Shown here piece by piece: positions 48,275-58,143 of a stretch of DNA of 64,000 nucleotides. The notes under the pieces were generated by a model that had not been told where the DNA came from, made no database searches, and was given only the letters and a program-made list of their open reading frames with translations. Source of the stretch: Spirochaetia bacterium (GTDB lineage Bacteria; Spirochaetota; Spirochaetia; SZUA-6; Bin103); contig CBDBDQ010000005.1 in assembly GCA_965203905.1 (NCBI GenBank), forward strand, positions 704,001 to 768,000, in the 5' to 3' direction. How positions within the stretch are numbered: position 1 is the stretch's first letter; each line of letters starts with the position of its first letter. The translations under genes were made by a program, and so were the position numbers.

Positions 48275-49224
48275 CGGGCGCCGCCCATCCCCGCGAACAG
48301 GTCGACATTCTCGCTGGTGATGGTCACGAACGCCTCCTCCAGGCTGAGGCTCTGCTCCTGCAGGCTGAGCGGCACCAGCTCCTGGTCGATCAGGTACTTG
48401 CTGAGGGCGCGGCGGCTGTCACCGGTCTTGGCCACCTTCACCACCAGGGTGTTGCCCCGCGGCGCCGCGTCCTGCACGAAGTCGAGCGCCTTGACCTTCG
48501 CCGGCAGGTCTGCCGGGACCTGCTCCAGGTCGACGTGGATCTCGCGGTCCTTGGCCAGGGTGGACAGGAGGTTCGCCATTCGATCCTCGGCCAGCAGCTT
48601 GCCGCGATAGATGATCGCCACCCGCTGGCACACCTTCTCCATCTCCGACAGCAGGTGCGACGAGACGAAGATGGTACGCCCTTCGCGGCTCTCCTCCAGG
48701 ATCAGGTCGCGGATCTGCTTCACCCCGAACGGATCCAGTCCCGAGATCGGCTCGTCCAGGAACAGGATGTCGGGATCGTGCAGCAATGCGCGCGCGATCG
48801 ACAGCTTCTGCAGCATGCCGCGCGAAAACTGGCCGAACTTCTTGTTCTTCACCTGCTCCAGGCCGACCCGTTCCAGGAGATGGTCGATGCGGCGTTCGGC
48901 CTGCGGCACGGCGAACAGCTCCGCAAACATCCGCAGGTATTCCCCGGCGGTCATCCAGGTCCACATCCCGGCCGGATGTTTCTCCGGCACCACGCCGATA
49001 CGGCGCCGCAGGTCGAGCCGCGCGGGACTGTAGGCCTCGCCGAACAGGCGGATTTCCCCGGCGGTCGGCTTCACCACGCCCAGCAGCATCATGATCGTGG
49101 AGGTCTTGCCGGCACCGTTGGGCCCGAGGAAGCCGTAGATCTCGCCCGCCGGGATGTTCAGGTCGATGCCGGCCACCGCGGTGAACGACCCGTAGCGCTT
49201 GGTCAGGCGTTCGGTCCGGATCAT
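48271..49224 (-). CDS. ABC transporter ATP-binding protein
   Basis: GPNGAGKTS, FSRGMLQK, LFLDEP, SSHLLSE. Confidence 0.94.
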   Translation of the reverse strand: MIRTERLTKRYGSFTAVAGIDLNIPAGEIYGFLGPNGAGKTSTIMMLLGVVKPTAGEIRLFGEAYSPARLDLRRRIGVVPEKHPAGMWTWMTAGEYLRMFAELFAVPQAERRIDHLLERVGLEQVKNKKFGQFSRGMLQKLSIARALLHDPDILFLDEPISGLDPFGVKQIRDLILEESREGRTIFVSSHLLSEMEKVCQRVAIIYRGKLLAEDRMANLLSTLAKDREIHVDLEQVPADLPAKVKALDFVQDAAPRGNTLVVKVAKTGDSRRALSKYLIDQELVPLSLQEQSLSLEEAFVTITSENVDLFAGMGGAR

Positions 49225-50078
49225 GAGCCGAGTCCCTGCACGTTCCAGGAAGTGAAGCGGTAGGCGGTCAGGGTGCCGGTGTTCTCGTACGGCTCAAGGT
49301 GGTCCGCGATCGCCTCCGGCGGCAGGTCCCAGATCTGTTCCATGATGCGGTCGATTTCCCCGGACTCGGCCGTGGTGGGGTCGGGGACGACGATCAGGTA
49401 GTCGATCACCCAGTAGCGATCGGCGTTGGCCTCGATCTCGGCGCCGGGGATGGAGGCGCTGTAACGGAACACGGTCTCGGGTGTAGCGTCCCACCGCCAC
49501 TGCAGCTTGCCCCGGTACAGCTCCGCGCCGCGGGAGGCACCGGCTTCGGTTTCCTCACGGGCCGGGGCGCCGTCGATCATCTGCACGGAGACGCGCGCTC
49601 CGATCCACAGGTCCAGGGCGGGATGGTTCACCACCGCCGGCCCCGCCGAGCTGACCGGGCGCAGCTCCTGTACCAGGTCGTTGCCCTCGCGCTGCTCGAA
49701 GACCACCCATCCGCTGAGGTCGGGCAACTCGTAGCCGACCAGCTCGATCGGTTCGGCGAGCCGGTTCGCGCCGCGTTTCAGGGTCACCGCAACGGTCTGG
49801 GCGACGTAGGAAGGCGCGCTGACCTCCAGCGCTGCCGCACCCGGAGCGAGCCGGGTGAACACCTGCGGCCGCGGCCCCTGGTCGCTCTGGAAGTGCGACC
49901 GAATCACCCGTCCCTGCAGCCGGAAGGTGGCATCCCACACCCAGTTCCCGCTCACCGCGTCGCGCACCACGAACTCGTAGGTGGTGTCCGGCGGATTGGC
50001 TGCCAGGTACACCGCGATCGCAACCGCCAGCACCACGACGATCGCCAGCACCGGAATCAGCACCCGTCGCGTCAGCAT
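49221..50078 (-). CDS. Hypothetical membrane-anchored protein
   Basis: N-terminal TM helix then a beta-rich region (VRDAVSG, LEVSAPSY). ATGA-coupled to the ATPase. Confidence 0.7.
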   Translation of the reverse strand: MLTRRVLIPVLAIVVVLAVAIAVYLAANPPDTTYEFVVRDAVSGNWVWDATFRLQGRVIRSHFQSDQGPRPQVFTRLAPGAAALEVSAPSYVAQTVAVTLKRGANRLAEPIELVGYELPDLSGWVVFEQREGNDLVQELRPVSSAGPAVVNHPALDLWIGARVSVQMIDGAPAREETEAGASRGAELYRGKLQWRWDATPETVFRYSASIPGAEIEANADRYWVIDYLIVVPDPTTAESGEIDRIMEQIWDLPPEAIADHLEPYENTGTLTAYRFTSWNVQGLGS

Positions 50079-50105
50079 CGTATTCCTTAGCGTACCACGG
50101 GAACG

Positions 50106-50498
50106 CTACTTCAGGTCCATCCTTGTGACCGGGATAAGGCGGTGTCCGAGCATGTCGACCGCCGCCTGCGACTGTTCCAGTATCACGTAGCCGATGAGCG
50201 GCTCGTACTCGCCGTTGGCGGGAGTCATGTCCAGGAACAGGACCTCGTTGAAGATCGGGCGGAACCCCTCGATCTCGATCCTGACCGGACCGCAGATCGC
50301 GCCTTCCACGGAATCCTGCGTCGCCGTCTCCAGCGCAACCGTCGCGACCTGCTCCAGATCGCCGAGGCGGTCTCGCCAGGCGGCCGGCAGCACCATGTGG
50401 GAGGCGCCGGTGTCCACCAATGCGTCACAGCGGAGGTGAGCTGCCGGGTCGCCGAGATTGGCGATCGTGACGGAAGCAACTATCCTTCCCATGCCCAT
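50106..50498 (-). CDS. Clan AA (retropepsin-like) aspartyl protease
   Basis: ALVDTGAS catalytic motif and PLIGYVILE. Confidence 0.85.
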   Translation of the reverse strand: MGMGRIVASVTIANLGDPAAHLRCDALVDTGASHMVLPAAWRDRLGDLEQVATVALETATQDSVEGAICGPVRIEIEGFRPIFNEVLFLDMTPANGEYEPLIGYVILEQSQAAVDMLGHRLIPVTRMDLK

Positions 50499-50539
50499 AC
50501 TAACGTAGCCCTGTCCGCTCCCGCTTTCAAAACTCCAGT

Positions 50540-50911
50540 TCAGCCGGAGCCCTTGCGGTAGTGCGGCTGGTAGAGCTGCACGCTCACGCCGCCCGGCATC
50601 GCGAACCGGGTGGTGAAGCCGAATCCGGCGTCGATCACCTCCTCTTCGAACTCCACGCCGCGCTGCTTCAGGTCCGCGACCGTGGCCTGGATGTCGTCGC
50701 AGTAGAAGGAGACGTCATGGGTGCCGGCGGGCTGGCCGTGGCTGCCGGACGGATCGGCGGGATGTACCCCCATGTCCGCCTCCGGCAGGTCGAAGATGAG
50801 CCAGCCGCCGCCAACGTCGGTAAACGAGTCGAAGCCCAGCTTGTCGCGCAGGAACTCGCGCAGCGCCTCCGGCTCCGACGAGAAGAACATCGTATGCACA
50901 CCTTTGATCAC
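50540..50911 (-). CDS. VOC/glyoxalase family protein
   Basis: GVHTMFFS, WLIFDLP, SFYCDDIQATV..LK.RGV, LYQP. Confidence 0.85.
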   Translation of the reverse strand: MIKGVHTMFFSSEPEALREFLRDKLGFDSFTDVGGGWLIFDLPEADMGVHPADPSGSHGQPAGTHDVSFYCDDIQATVADLKQRGVEFEEEVIDAGFGFTTRFAMPGGVSVQLYQPHYRKGSG

Positions 50912-50930
50912 GGCAGCCCCCTGTTCCTTT

Positions 50931-51701
50931 CTATATCGGCCTCTGTGCCGGCACGACGTATCGGTTCGGCGCGCACACGTCTGCCAGGCAGCCGAGCTGC
51001 CGGATGCGCTCGTTGCGGCCGAGGAGCCGCAGCAGGTGCCAGCCGGTCACCTGGTTGGCGCTCAGCACCTTCTTCCCGAGGCGCCGCTCGAGGGACTGCA
51101 GGTGGGGTGCCAGGCGCTGGCCGCTGCAGCCGATGAACACCGCCTCTGCATCCGGCCGGTCGGCGGCTGCGGCGACCTCCGCCATCACCTGCACCGGCAC
51201 GATCGAGTGATCTTCCGGCAGATGCAGCGACTCGCTGGCCACCACCGCCACCCCCTGTTGCCGGATGAAGTCCGCGAACTTCGCCTCGACCTCGGGCAGG
51301 TACGGGCTCGCCACGGCGATCCGCTGCAGGCCGAGGGCCTGAAACGCGGCCACCATCGCCGTGGAGGTGGTAGTCGCCGGCAGGTTGGTCGCCGCGGCGA
51401 TGGCATCGGCAAGCCGCCGGTCACCGCCAACGCCGCGCACGAAGCTGATGGTGGTGCAGTAGTAGGCGATCCCGTCCGGCCGATACCGCAACAGGCGCCG
51501 TGCTGCCTCCTCCACCGTGCCGCCGTCGGCAATCGCGCGGTTGAGGGCCACGGAACTGGGACCGGGCAGCACCGGATGCGATGCGGTGACCAGTTCCACG
51601 TCCAGCGGCAGGTACTGGGCAAAGTCGGCGCACACCGGCTGCTTGTCGCGGTCCACCCAGACGTCATCGGGCCACACGCCGCCGATGGTGAGGCGCTTCA
51701 C
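50931..51701 (-). CDS. Maleate isomerase / Asp-Glu racemase family protein
   Basis: YYCTTISF and FIGCSG catalytic Cys pair, ASPY, VLSANQ. Confidence 0.85.
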   Translation of the reverse strand: MKRLTIGGVWPDDVWVDRDKQPVCADFAQYLPLDVELVTASHPVLPGPSSVALNRAIADGGTVEEAARRLLRYRPDGIAYYCTTISFVRGVGGDRRLADAIAAATNLPATTTSTAMVAAFQALGLQRIAVASPYLPEVEAKFADFIRQQGVAVVASESLHLPEDHSIVPVQVMAEVAAAADRPDAEAVFIGCSGQRLAPHLQSLERRLGKKVLSANQVTGWHLLRLLGRNERIRQLGCLADVCAPNRYVVPAQRPI

Positions 51702-52189
51702 AAGTGTTCCAGGCGCCGGAAGCAGAGCCGCTCACCGACGGCGCCGGCGCGCCAGATGTCATTGCCGGCGGCGGTGACCTGCTCCAGGTTGCGCACGATG
51801 GTGGCGAACACGTTGCACGGCAGATAGCCTTCGCTCGGCGACAGCAGGATGTTGTTGCGATCGTAGAACACGGCCAGATCCACCGCGGCCTGACCGCTCA
51901 GGCCCTGCTGTGCGTCCGCCGGCAGGCGCACCCCGGCCGGCAGGTGGAGGTAGCCCACGTCGCCCTTGGCCGGCACGATGGTTCCGTTCTCGATGCCGAG
52001 CGGCTCGGCGGGAAACGCCGGCACCAGAGCATAGAACTCGTTGCCGGCGTACTTGGCGTGATATACGTCCCCTTCCTGCGGCAGCGCATCCCATACCGCC
52101 TGGCAGGTGCGCGGCGCCTGGTCGTCGAGCAAGGCGGCGACACAGGTGACTCCGCGCCGGCGCAGGCTGATCTCGATATATCGCGGCAT
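51698..52189 (-). CDS. DUF3830 family protein (cyclophilin-like fold)
   Basis: LLDDQAPRTC.AVWDALP, HAKYA.NE.Y, EN.T..P..GD, DLAVFYDRNN.L. Confidence 0.8.
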   Translation of the reverse strand: MPRYIEISLRRRGVTCVAALLDDQAPRTCQAVWDALPQEGDVYHAKYAGNEFYALVPAFPAEPLGIENGTIVPAKGDVGYLHLPAGVRLPADAQQGLSGQAAVDLAVFYDRNNILLSPSEGYLPCNVFATIVRNLEQVTAAGNDIWRAGAVGERLCFRRLEHL

Positions 52190-52276
52190 GTCGCTGTAAT
52201 AGCAGATTGACGAAGATCTTTCGCGCGATATGGTGAGGGACATGAAACAAGCCACGCCTCGCGGTAAGGCTGGCAG

Positions 52277-54322
52277 ATGATCCGGGTCGGCATCGACACC
52301 GGGGGGACCTTCACCGATCTGGTGGCGTTCGCTCCGGAAGGCGGAACGCTGGCGTTCCACAAGGTGGTCTCCACGCCTGACGATCCGGCGCGCGGCATCA
52401 TCCGCGGCATCCGCGAGATCGTCGACCGGGTCGGCGCCCGCGCCGAGGAGATCGAGCTGCTGGTCCACGGCACCACGGTGGCCACCAACGCCGTGCTGCA
52501 GCGTGCCGGGGCGCGCGTGGCTCTGATCACCACCGCCGGCTTCCGCGACGTGCTGCAGATCCAGCGCCAGGACCGCCCGCGGCTGTACGACCTGCGCGGC
52601 CGGCGCGCCCGGCCGCTGGTGCCGCGCGCGCTGCGCTTCGAGCTGCGCGAGCGGGTGCGCTTCGACGGCAGCGTGCAGACCCCGCTCGACCGCGCGCAGC
52701 TCGACGGCCTGGTCGACGCACTGCGCCGGGAACGGGTGGAGGCGGTTGCCGTCGGCCTCCTGCACAGTTACGCGAATCCGTCGCACGAGCTGGAGGTGGG
52801 CCGCGTGCTCGCGCAGCGCCTGCCGGAGACGGAGGTGTGCCTGTCGCACGAGGTGGCCGGCGAGCAGGGCGAGTACGAGCGCTTCAGTACCTGCGCGATG
52901 AACGCCTTCGTGCAGCCGGTGGTCGGGCGCTACCTGGGCCGCCTGGAGCGGGGCCTGGCCACGCACGGCGTCGACGCGCCGCTGTTCATCATGAAGTCCA
53001 GCGGCGGCGTGATGTCGGCGCAGGCCGCCTCCCGCCGCGCCGTTGAGACGGTGATGTCGGGCCCTGCCGGCGGCATCGTGGCCGGCGCCGCGGTCGCCCG
53101 CTCGGAGGCGCGCTGTCGCAACCTGATCACGGCGGACATGGGCGGCACCAGCTTCGACGTCGGCGTGGTACAGGAGGGCGCGGTCGGGTTCGCCCGCGAC
53201 ACCGAGATGGGCGGGCTCGCCATCAGCGTCCCGATGCTCGACATCCATTCGGTGGGCGCCGGCGGCGGCAGCATCGGCTGGATCGACGCCGGCGGCGCAC
53301 TGCGCGTCGGCCCGCACTCGGCGGGTGCGCGGCCGGGACCGGCCTGCTACGGACTGGGCGGATCCGAGCCGACCGTGACCGACGCCAACCTGGTGCTGGG
53401 GCGGCTGGGCGCGGAGTCGCTGCTCGGCGGCGGCATGGCGATCGCTCCGGAGGCGGCGCGGCGGGCGATCCACGACCGGCTGGCCGGCCCGCTGCGGATC
53501 ACCGTCGAGGCGGCCGCGGAGGGGATGATCCGGGTGGTCAACGCGGCGATGACCGCCGCCATTCGCAAGCTGACGGTGGAACGCGGTCACGACCCGCGCG
53601 AATTCGCGCTCTGTCCCTTCGGCGGCGCCGGCCCGCTGCACGGTGCCGAGCTGGCGGCGGAGCTCGGCGTCGGCCACACCATCGTGCCGCTGGCACCCGG
53701 CGTGAATTCCGCGATCGGCCTGCTGATGACCGACCTGCGCGAGGATCGCATCGCCACCTTCGTGCGGCGGCTGGACCGTACCACCGCGACCGAACTGGAG
53801 CGGCTGTTCGCGGCGCTGGAGGAGTCCGCCCGCGAACGGCTGCGGCCCTCGGCGAACGGCGCCGGCGAGCTGCGCCTGACCCGCGCCCTCGGCCAGCGCT
53901 ACCTGGGCCAGCGGTACGAGCTGCCGGTCGCGGTGGAGCCGGGACCGCTCGACCTGGGCCGGATCGCCGAGCGGTTCCACACCGAGCACGAGCGCACCTA
54001 CGGCTATGCGCGCGCCGAGCACCCGGTGGAGGTGCACAGCGCCTGGGTGTCGGCCGAGGCCGACCTGCAGCCCCTGCGCCTCCCGCCGGTGGCGCGCGCC
54101 AGCGGCGACCCCGAGCCGGCGGCGGTGCGCCAGGTGCACTTCGCCGGCGCGAGCTGCGAGACGCCGGTCTTCCAGCGGGACGCGCTGGGCGCCGGTACGA
54201 CCCTGACCGGCCCGGCGATCATCGAGCAACTCGACGCCACCACGGCGCTGTGGCCCGGGCAGCGCCTGGAGGTGGACCGTCACGGACAGTTCCTGCTCGG
54301 CCCGTTGGAGAGCGCCTCATGA
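52277..54322 (+). CDS. Hydantoinase/oxoprolinase subunit A
   Basis: GIDTGGTFTD, HGTTVATNA, SGPAGG, DMGGTSFDV, GAGGGSI, PTVTDA, FGGAGPLH. Confidence 0.94.
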   Translation: MIRVGIDTGGTFTDLVAFAPEGGTLAFHKVVSTPDDPARGIIRGIREIVDRVGARAEEIELLVHGTTVATNAVLQRAGARVALITTAGFRDVLQIQRQDRPRLYDLRGRRARPLVPRALRFELRERVRFDGSVQTPLDRAQLDGLVDALRRERVEAVAVGLLHSYANPSHELEVGRVLAQRLPETEVCLSHEVAGEQGEYERFSTCAMNAFVQPVVGRYLGRLERGLATHGVDAPLFIMKSSGGVMSAQAASRRAVETVMSGPAGGIVAGAAVARSEARCRNLITADMGGTSFDVGVVQEGAVGFARDTEMGGLAISVPMLDIHSVGAGGGSIGWIDAGGALRVGPHSAGARPGPACYGLGGSEPTVTDANLVLGRLGAESLLGGGMAIAPEAARRAIHDRLAGPLRITVEAAAEGMIRVVNAAMTAAIRKLTVERGHDPREFALCPFGGAGPLHGAELAAELGVGHTIVPLAPGVNSAIGLLMTDLREDRIATFVRRLDRTTATELERLFAALEESARERLRPSANGAGELRLTRALGQRYLGQRYELPVAVEPGPLDLGRIAERFHTEHERTYGYARAEHPVEVHSAWVSAEADLQPLRLPPVARASGDPEPAAVRQVHFAGASCETPVFQRDALGAGTTLTGPAIIEQLDATTALWPGQRLEVDRHGQFLLGPLESAS

Positions 54323-56034
54323 GCGCCGGGCGCCCGCTCGATCCCGTCACCCTCGAGATCATGCGCAACCGCTGGAAGGGGATCGCCGAGGAGTGCTGCG
54401 CGGCGCTGGTGCGTGCCAGCCACTCCACCAACATCAAGGACCGCCGTGACTGCTCGGTGGCGCTGGCGTTGCCGGATGGCGAGATCGTGGCCCAGGCCGA
54501 GGTGGGCACCCCGCTGCACCTGGGCGTGATGCCGGGCGTGATCCGCGCCATTCTGGCGCGCTACCCGGTAGCGCGGATGCAGCCGGGGGATGTCTACGGC
54601 ACCAACCTGCCCTACCCGGAGGGGCCGGGCCATCTGCCCGACCTGTCGCTGGTCTCCCCCATATTCCACGACGGGCGCCCGATCGCGCTGGCAGCGTCCA
54701 CCGCCCACCACGTCGACATGGGCGGCTACGCCCCGGGCAGCATGCCGTTCGGCGTCACCGAGATCTACCAGGAAGGACTGCAGATCCCGCCGCTGCCGCT
54801 GGTGCGGCAGGACCGCTTCGACGAGAACCTGCTGCGCCTGATCGAGCAGAACGTGCGCACCGAGTACGAGGTGCGCGGCGACCTGATGGCCCAGTACGCC
54901 GTGGCCAGGAAGGCCGAGCAGCGGGTGACGGAGCTGCTGGCCCGCGTCGGCGCCGCCGAACTGGTGCGCTACATGAAGGAGATTCTCGACCACGCCGAGC
55001 GCTGCATGCGCTCCGGCATCGCCGCGCTGCCCGACGGCACCTACCGCTTCGAGGACTTCCTGGACGACGACGGCGTCACCGACGAGCCGGTGAAGATCGC
55101 CGTGGCCGTGTGCATCGCCGGCGACGAGTTGAGCGCGGACTTCAGCGGCAGCAGCCGCCAGGTGCTGGGACCGCTCAACGCCCGCATCAGCGCCGCGCAA
55201 TCAGCGGTCTACTACACCTGCAAGGCGGTGATCGACCCCGACCTGCCCACCTGCGCCGGCTCCTACCGCCCGATCCACGTCCACGCCCCGGAGGGCAGCA
55301 TCCTGCAGGCGGCCTACCCCGCCGCCATCGGCCAGGCCAACATCCTCACCGACCAGCGCGTGGTGGACGTGCTGCTCGGGGCCCTGGCGCAGTGCGTGCC
55401 GGAGCGGGTGTGTGCCGCCTGCAGCGGCGAGATGAACCTGGTCAACATCGGCGGCATCGACAGCCGGCACGGACCCACCGAGGGGGTCTACTACAACTAC
55501 GTGGAGACCTACGCCGGTGGCCAGGGTGCCTGCCACGACCTGGACGGCGGCGACGGCGTGCACACCCACCTCACCAACACCCGCAACGCCGCGGTGGAGG
55601 TGATCGAGAGCACCTATCCGCTGGAGGTGGTGCGCTACGGCCTGCTGCCCGACACCGAGGGGGCGGGAACGCGGCGCGGCGGCTGCGGCATGATACGCGA
55701 GCTGCGCTGCCTGGCCGAGCGCACGGTGGTCAGCATGGGCTCCGACCGGCGCCGTTTCACGCCCTGGGGGCTGGAGGGCGGCCACCACGCCGCGGGGGCG
55801 CACGCCTACGTCACCTCCCCCGGCGGCAGCGTGCGTGAAGTGCCGACCAAGGTGGTGGTGGAGCTGGGCCGGGGCGACCTGTTCCGGGTGGAGACCCCCG
55901 GCGGAGGCGGCTGGGGCGACCCGCGGCAGCGTCCCGCGGCGGAGGTGCGGCGCGACGTTGCGGAGGGCCTGGTAAGCGCGCAGCGGGCACGAGACATTTA
56001 CGGCCATCGACTCGAAGAGGAGGCATCCGAATGA
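54319..56034 (+). CDS. Hydantoinase B/oxoprolinase subunit
   Basis: STNIKDRRDCS, HLPD, HHVDMGG, EIYQEG, ETPGGGGWGDP. Confidence 0.94.
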   Translation: MSAGRPLDPVTLEIMRNRWKGIAEECCAALVRASHSTNIKDRRDCSVALALPDGEIVAQAEVGTPLHLGVMPGVIRAILARYPVARMQPGDVYGTNLPYPEGPGHLPDLSLVSPIFHDGRPIALAASTAHHVDMGGYAPGSMPFGVTEIYQEGLQIPPLPLVRQDRFDENLLRLIEQNVRTEYEVRGDLMAQYAVARKAEQRVTELLARVGAAELVRYMKEILDHAERCMRSGIAALPDGTYRFEDFLDDDGVTDEPVKIAVAVCIAGDELSADFSGSSRQVLGPLNARISAAQSAVYYTCKAVIDPDLPTCAGSYRPIHVHAPEGSILQAAYPAAIGQANILTDQRVVDVLLGALAQCVPERVCAACSGEMNLVNIGGIDSRHGPTEGVYYNYVETYAGGQGACHDLDGGDGVHTHLTNTRNAAVEVIESTYPLEVVRYGLLPDTEGAGTRRGGCGMIRELRCLAERTVVSMGSDRRRFTPWGLEGGHHAAGAHAYVTSPGGSVREVPTKVVVELGRGDLFRVETPGGGGWGDPRQRPAAEVRRDVAEGLVSAQRARDIYGHRLEEEASE

Positions 56035-57089
56035 GAAAACGCAAGGCCACCCACCTGCTTGAGCGCAGGGTGATCTTCCACGCCAATGCCCGGTTCCGTT
56101 GGAATGGCTGCGGTGGGATTTCCGGGACCACGGACGCGCTGGTGGCAAGCTGGTACACGGGCGGAGACACGGAACCCGCGCCCGAGAACCAGGTCGTATG
56201 GTCTCGGTCCCTCGATGGGGGCCATACCTGGTCTGCGCCCGAGGTGATCGCGGACCCGCCCGGGCTGGTTCGTGCGGGAGATCCGGTGTTGTGGCGTGAC
56301 GACGACGGCATCGTCAACATCACCTACGGAATCAACGACCTGCGCCTGGACGCAGGCGACTGGACCTTCGTGCGCCATACCTGTGCCGACCCGGCCGCCC
56401 CGCAGCTTGTCTGGAGCGCTCCGCAGGAGATCGCTGGGCCCGAAATCGGCGACTACTTCTTCAACAACAAACCGATCCGGCTCGACAACGGCGATTGGCT
56501 GATACCGGTGACGGTACGCACGCAGCCCAGCCGCGGCCGGCCGTACCATGAGGGTTTCTACGCCGTCGGTGCGCTGGTGTCGGCGGACGCGGGGACCACC
56601 TGGACGGGGTACAAGTCGGGCGATTTCGAGAAGAGCGGGTACGGTCCGAAGGATATCTGCGTGCACGAGGCAGGCGCTTTTCAGCGCGAGGACGGCACCG
56701 TGGTTATCCTGGTACGGAACAGTTGGGGGCTGCTCCATGCAACGGAATCGAGCGACCGCGGGCAGACGTGGAGCGAGTTCTATCCGACCGCCATAGCCAA
56801 CCCCAGCACCCGTTTTCATGTGCGCAAGCTGCCCCAGGGTCCGGTGATATGCCTCAACAACCCGAACGCCTCGCTCATCGGCAACGGCCGTGACCGGAGA
56901 TCGCCGCTGGCGATGCACATTTCCTATGACGATGGGCACACATTCGAGCGTATCGTGATCCTCGACGTCTACGGGCACACGATGTATCCGGACGCCGAGC
57001 TCGATCCGGACGGGAACCGGCTGCACCTCTTCTATGAGAACCGCAAGGACGTGTTCTACGCGTCCCTGGAGCTGGCCGAGGTGCTCTAA
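56031..57089 (+). CDS. BNR/Asp-box repeat protein (sialidase-like propeller)
   Basis: Four Asp-boxes (SLDGGHTW, SADAGTTW, SSDRGQTW, SYDDGHTF) and a YP motif. No FRIP motif seen. Confidence 0.75.
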   Translation: MRKRKATHLLERRVIFHANARFRWNGCGGISGTTDALVASWYTGGDTEPAPENQVVWSRSLDGGHTWSAPEVIADPPGLVRAGDPVLWRDDDGIVNITYGINDLRLDAGDWTFVRHTCADPAAPQLVWSAPQEIAGPEIGDYFFNNKPIRLDNGDWLIPVTVRTQPSRGRPYHEGFYAVGALVSADAGTTWTGYKSGDFEKSGYGPKDICVHEAGAFQREDGTVVILVRNSWGLLHATESSDRGQTWSEFYPTAIANPSTRFHVRKLPQGPVICLNNPNASLIGNGRDRRSPLAMHISYDDGHTFERIVILDVYGHTMYPDAELDPDGNRLHLFYENRKDVFYASLELAEVL

Positions 57090-57102
57090 AGACCCGGAAG
57101 AC

Positions 57103-58104
57103 TCACGCGCAGTCCGGATCTCCTTCCGGCCAGCGCTGAAATGACGCGGGGGGCGCTGCCGCGAGTCGCTCCCGCGCGCGCTCCCAGAGTGCCGCCCACG
57201 CCGCAGCGTCGGGGAGCACGCTCTCGGGCGCGCGGCGGCTGCGAGCGACGAAGCCCGGGAACCACGGCCGGCCGGTGGGCTCGCCGATCGGTTGATAGCG
57301 CAGGTCCACGCTCCAGCGAATGTCGTTGCTCAGGTTGGGCAACGAGGCGTGCATCGTCAGCCTGGTAAGGAACAGCACGTCACCGGGTTCCATCTCCAGC
57401 GCGACGCGGCGGGCGCCGACCAGCCGTTCGGGTATCCCCTGGCGGCTGTAGTTCGATCGTTGATCGTGACAGTGCGTCACGAGACCTCGCCGGTGACTGC
57501 CCGGCGCCACCAGCAGGCAGCCGTTGTCGCGGGTAGCTTCGGTGATCGGCAGCCACACCGTCAGAATCTGGCTGTCGTCCGCTTCCGGCATGATCGTCGC
57601 CAAGTCCTGGTGCCAGACCGTCTGGGCGATTTCTCCGACAATCGTAGCAGCCCCCGCGAGACACTCTTCGGGAGGCTTGATCCGCACATGCTGGGTCGGA
57701 TTGGAGTAGATCTCGGGGCCGACCATGACCTCTACCGCATCGAGCAGGCGTGGGTTGGTTAACAGTCCGAAGGCGGCTGGGCCGCAGTGGACCGGCGTGT
57801 CGGTGGTGACTCCCTTCTGCGGCAGGCAGATGTCCAGGTGGTTCGCAAGCGTCCCTCCCGTCTCCCTGACGAGCGCCTGGAAACGCGCGCCGAACGGCAG
57901 ATCCGGGTGCGCGGACGAGACGACTCCCTCGGACTCGAGTTGTACCGCTACCGCGTCCAGCAGCGCCTCATACTCGACACGAAGCGGGGCCAGGTCGCGC
58001 TCCGGGTCAAGGAGTCCAGGCACCACCAAGTAGCCATCCTCGGCCAGGCGGGCACGGGCCGCCTCGTCCACTGTCGCCATAGAAGCTCCTCGGACGGCAC
58101 TCAC
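57103..58104 (-). CDS. Phytanoyl-CoA dioxygenase (PhyH) family protein
   Basis: DGYLVV, WHQD, NGCL...PGSH, GDVLF....HAS..N.S..RWS.D.RY. Start is GTG 58104 or ATG 58080. Confidence 0.9.
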   Translation of the reverse strand: MSAVRGASMATVDEAARARLAEDGYLVVPGLLDPERDLAPLRVEYEALLDAVAVQLESEGVVSSAHPDLPFGARFQALVRETGGTLANHLDICLPQKGVTTDTPVHCGPAAFGLLTNPRLLDAVEVMVGPEIYSNPTQHVRIKPPEECLAGAATIVGEIAQTVWHQDLATIMPEADDSQILTVWLPITEATRDNGCLLVAPGSHRRGLVTHCHDQRSNYSRQGIPERLVGARRVALEMEPGDVLFLTRLTMHASLPNLSNDIRWSVDLRYQPIGEPTGRPWFPGFVARSRRAPESVLPDAAAWAALWERARERLAAAPPASFQRWPEGDPDCA

Positions 58105-58143
58105 CGGTGCCGCCGGTCAGAATACGTCAACGTAACACAGACC

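Noticed and set aside
52190-54283. 861-aa minus-strand ORF and the many other long antisense or alternate-frame ORFs (e.g. 35023-37431, 57787-59790)
   Set aside because: These are shadow ORFs of high-GC genes. Only 51698-52189 of this ORF has family motifs (DUF3830).
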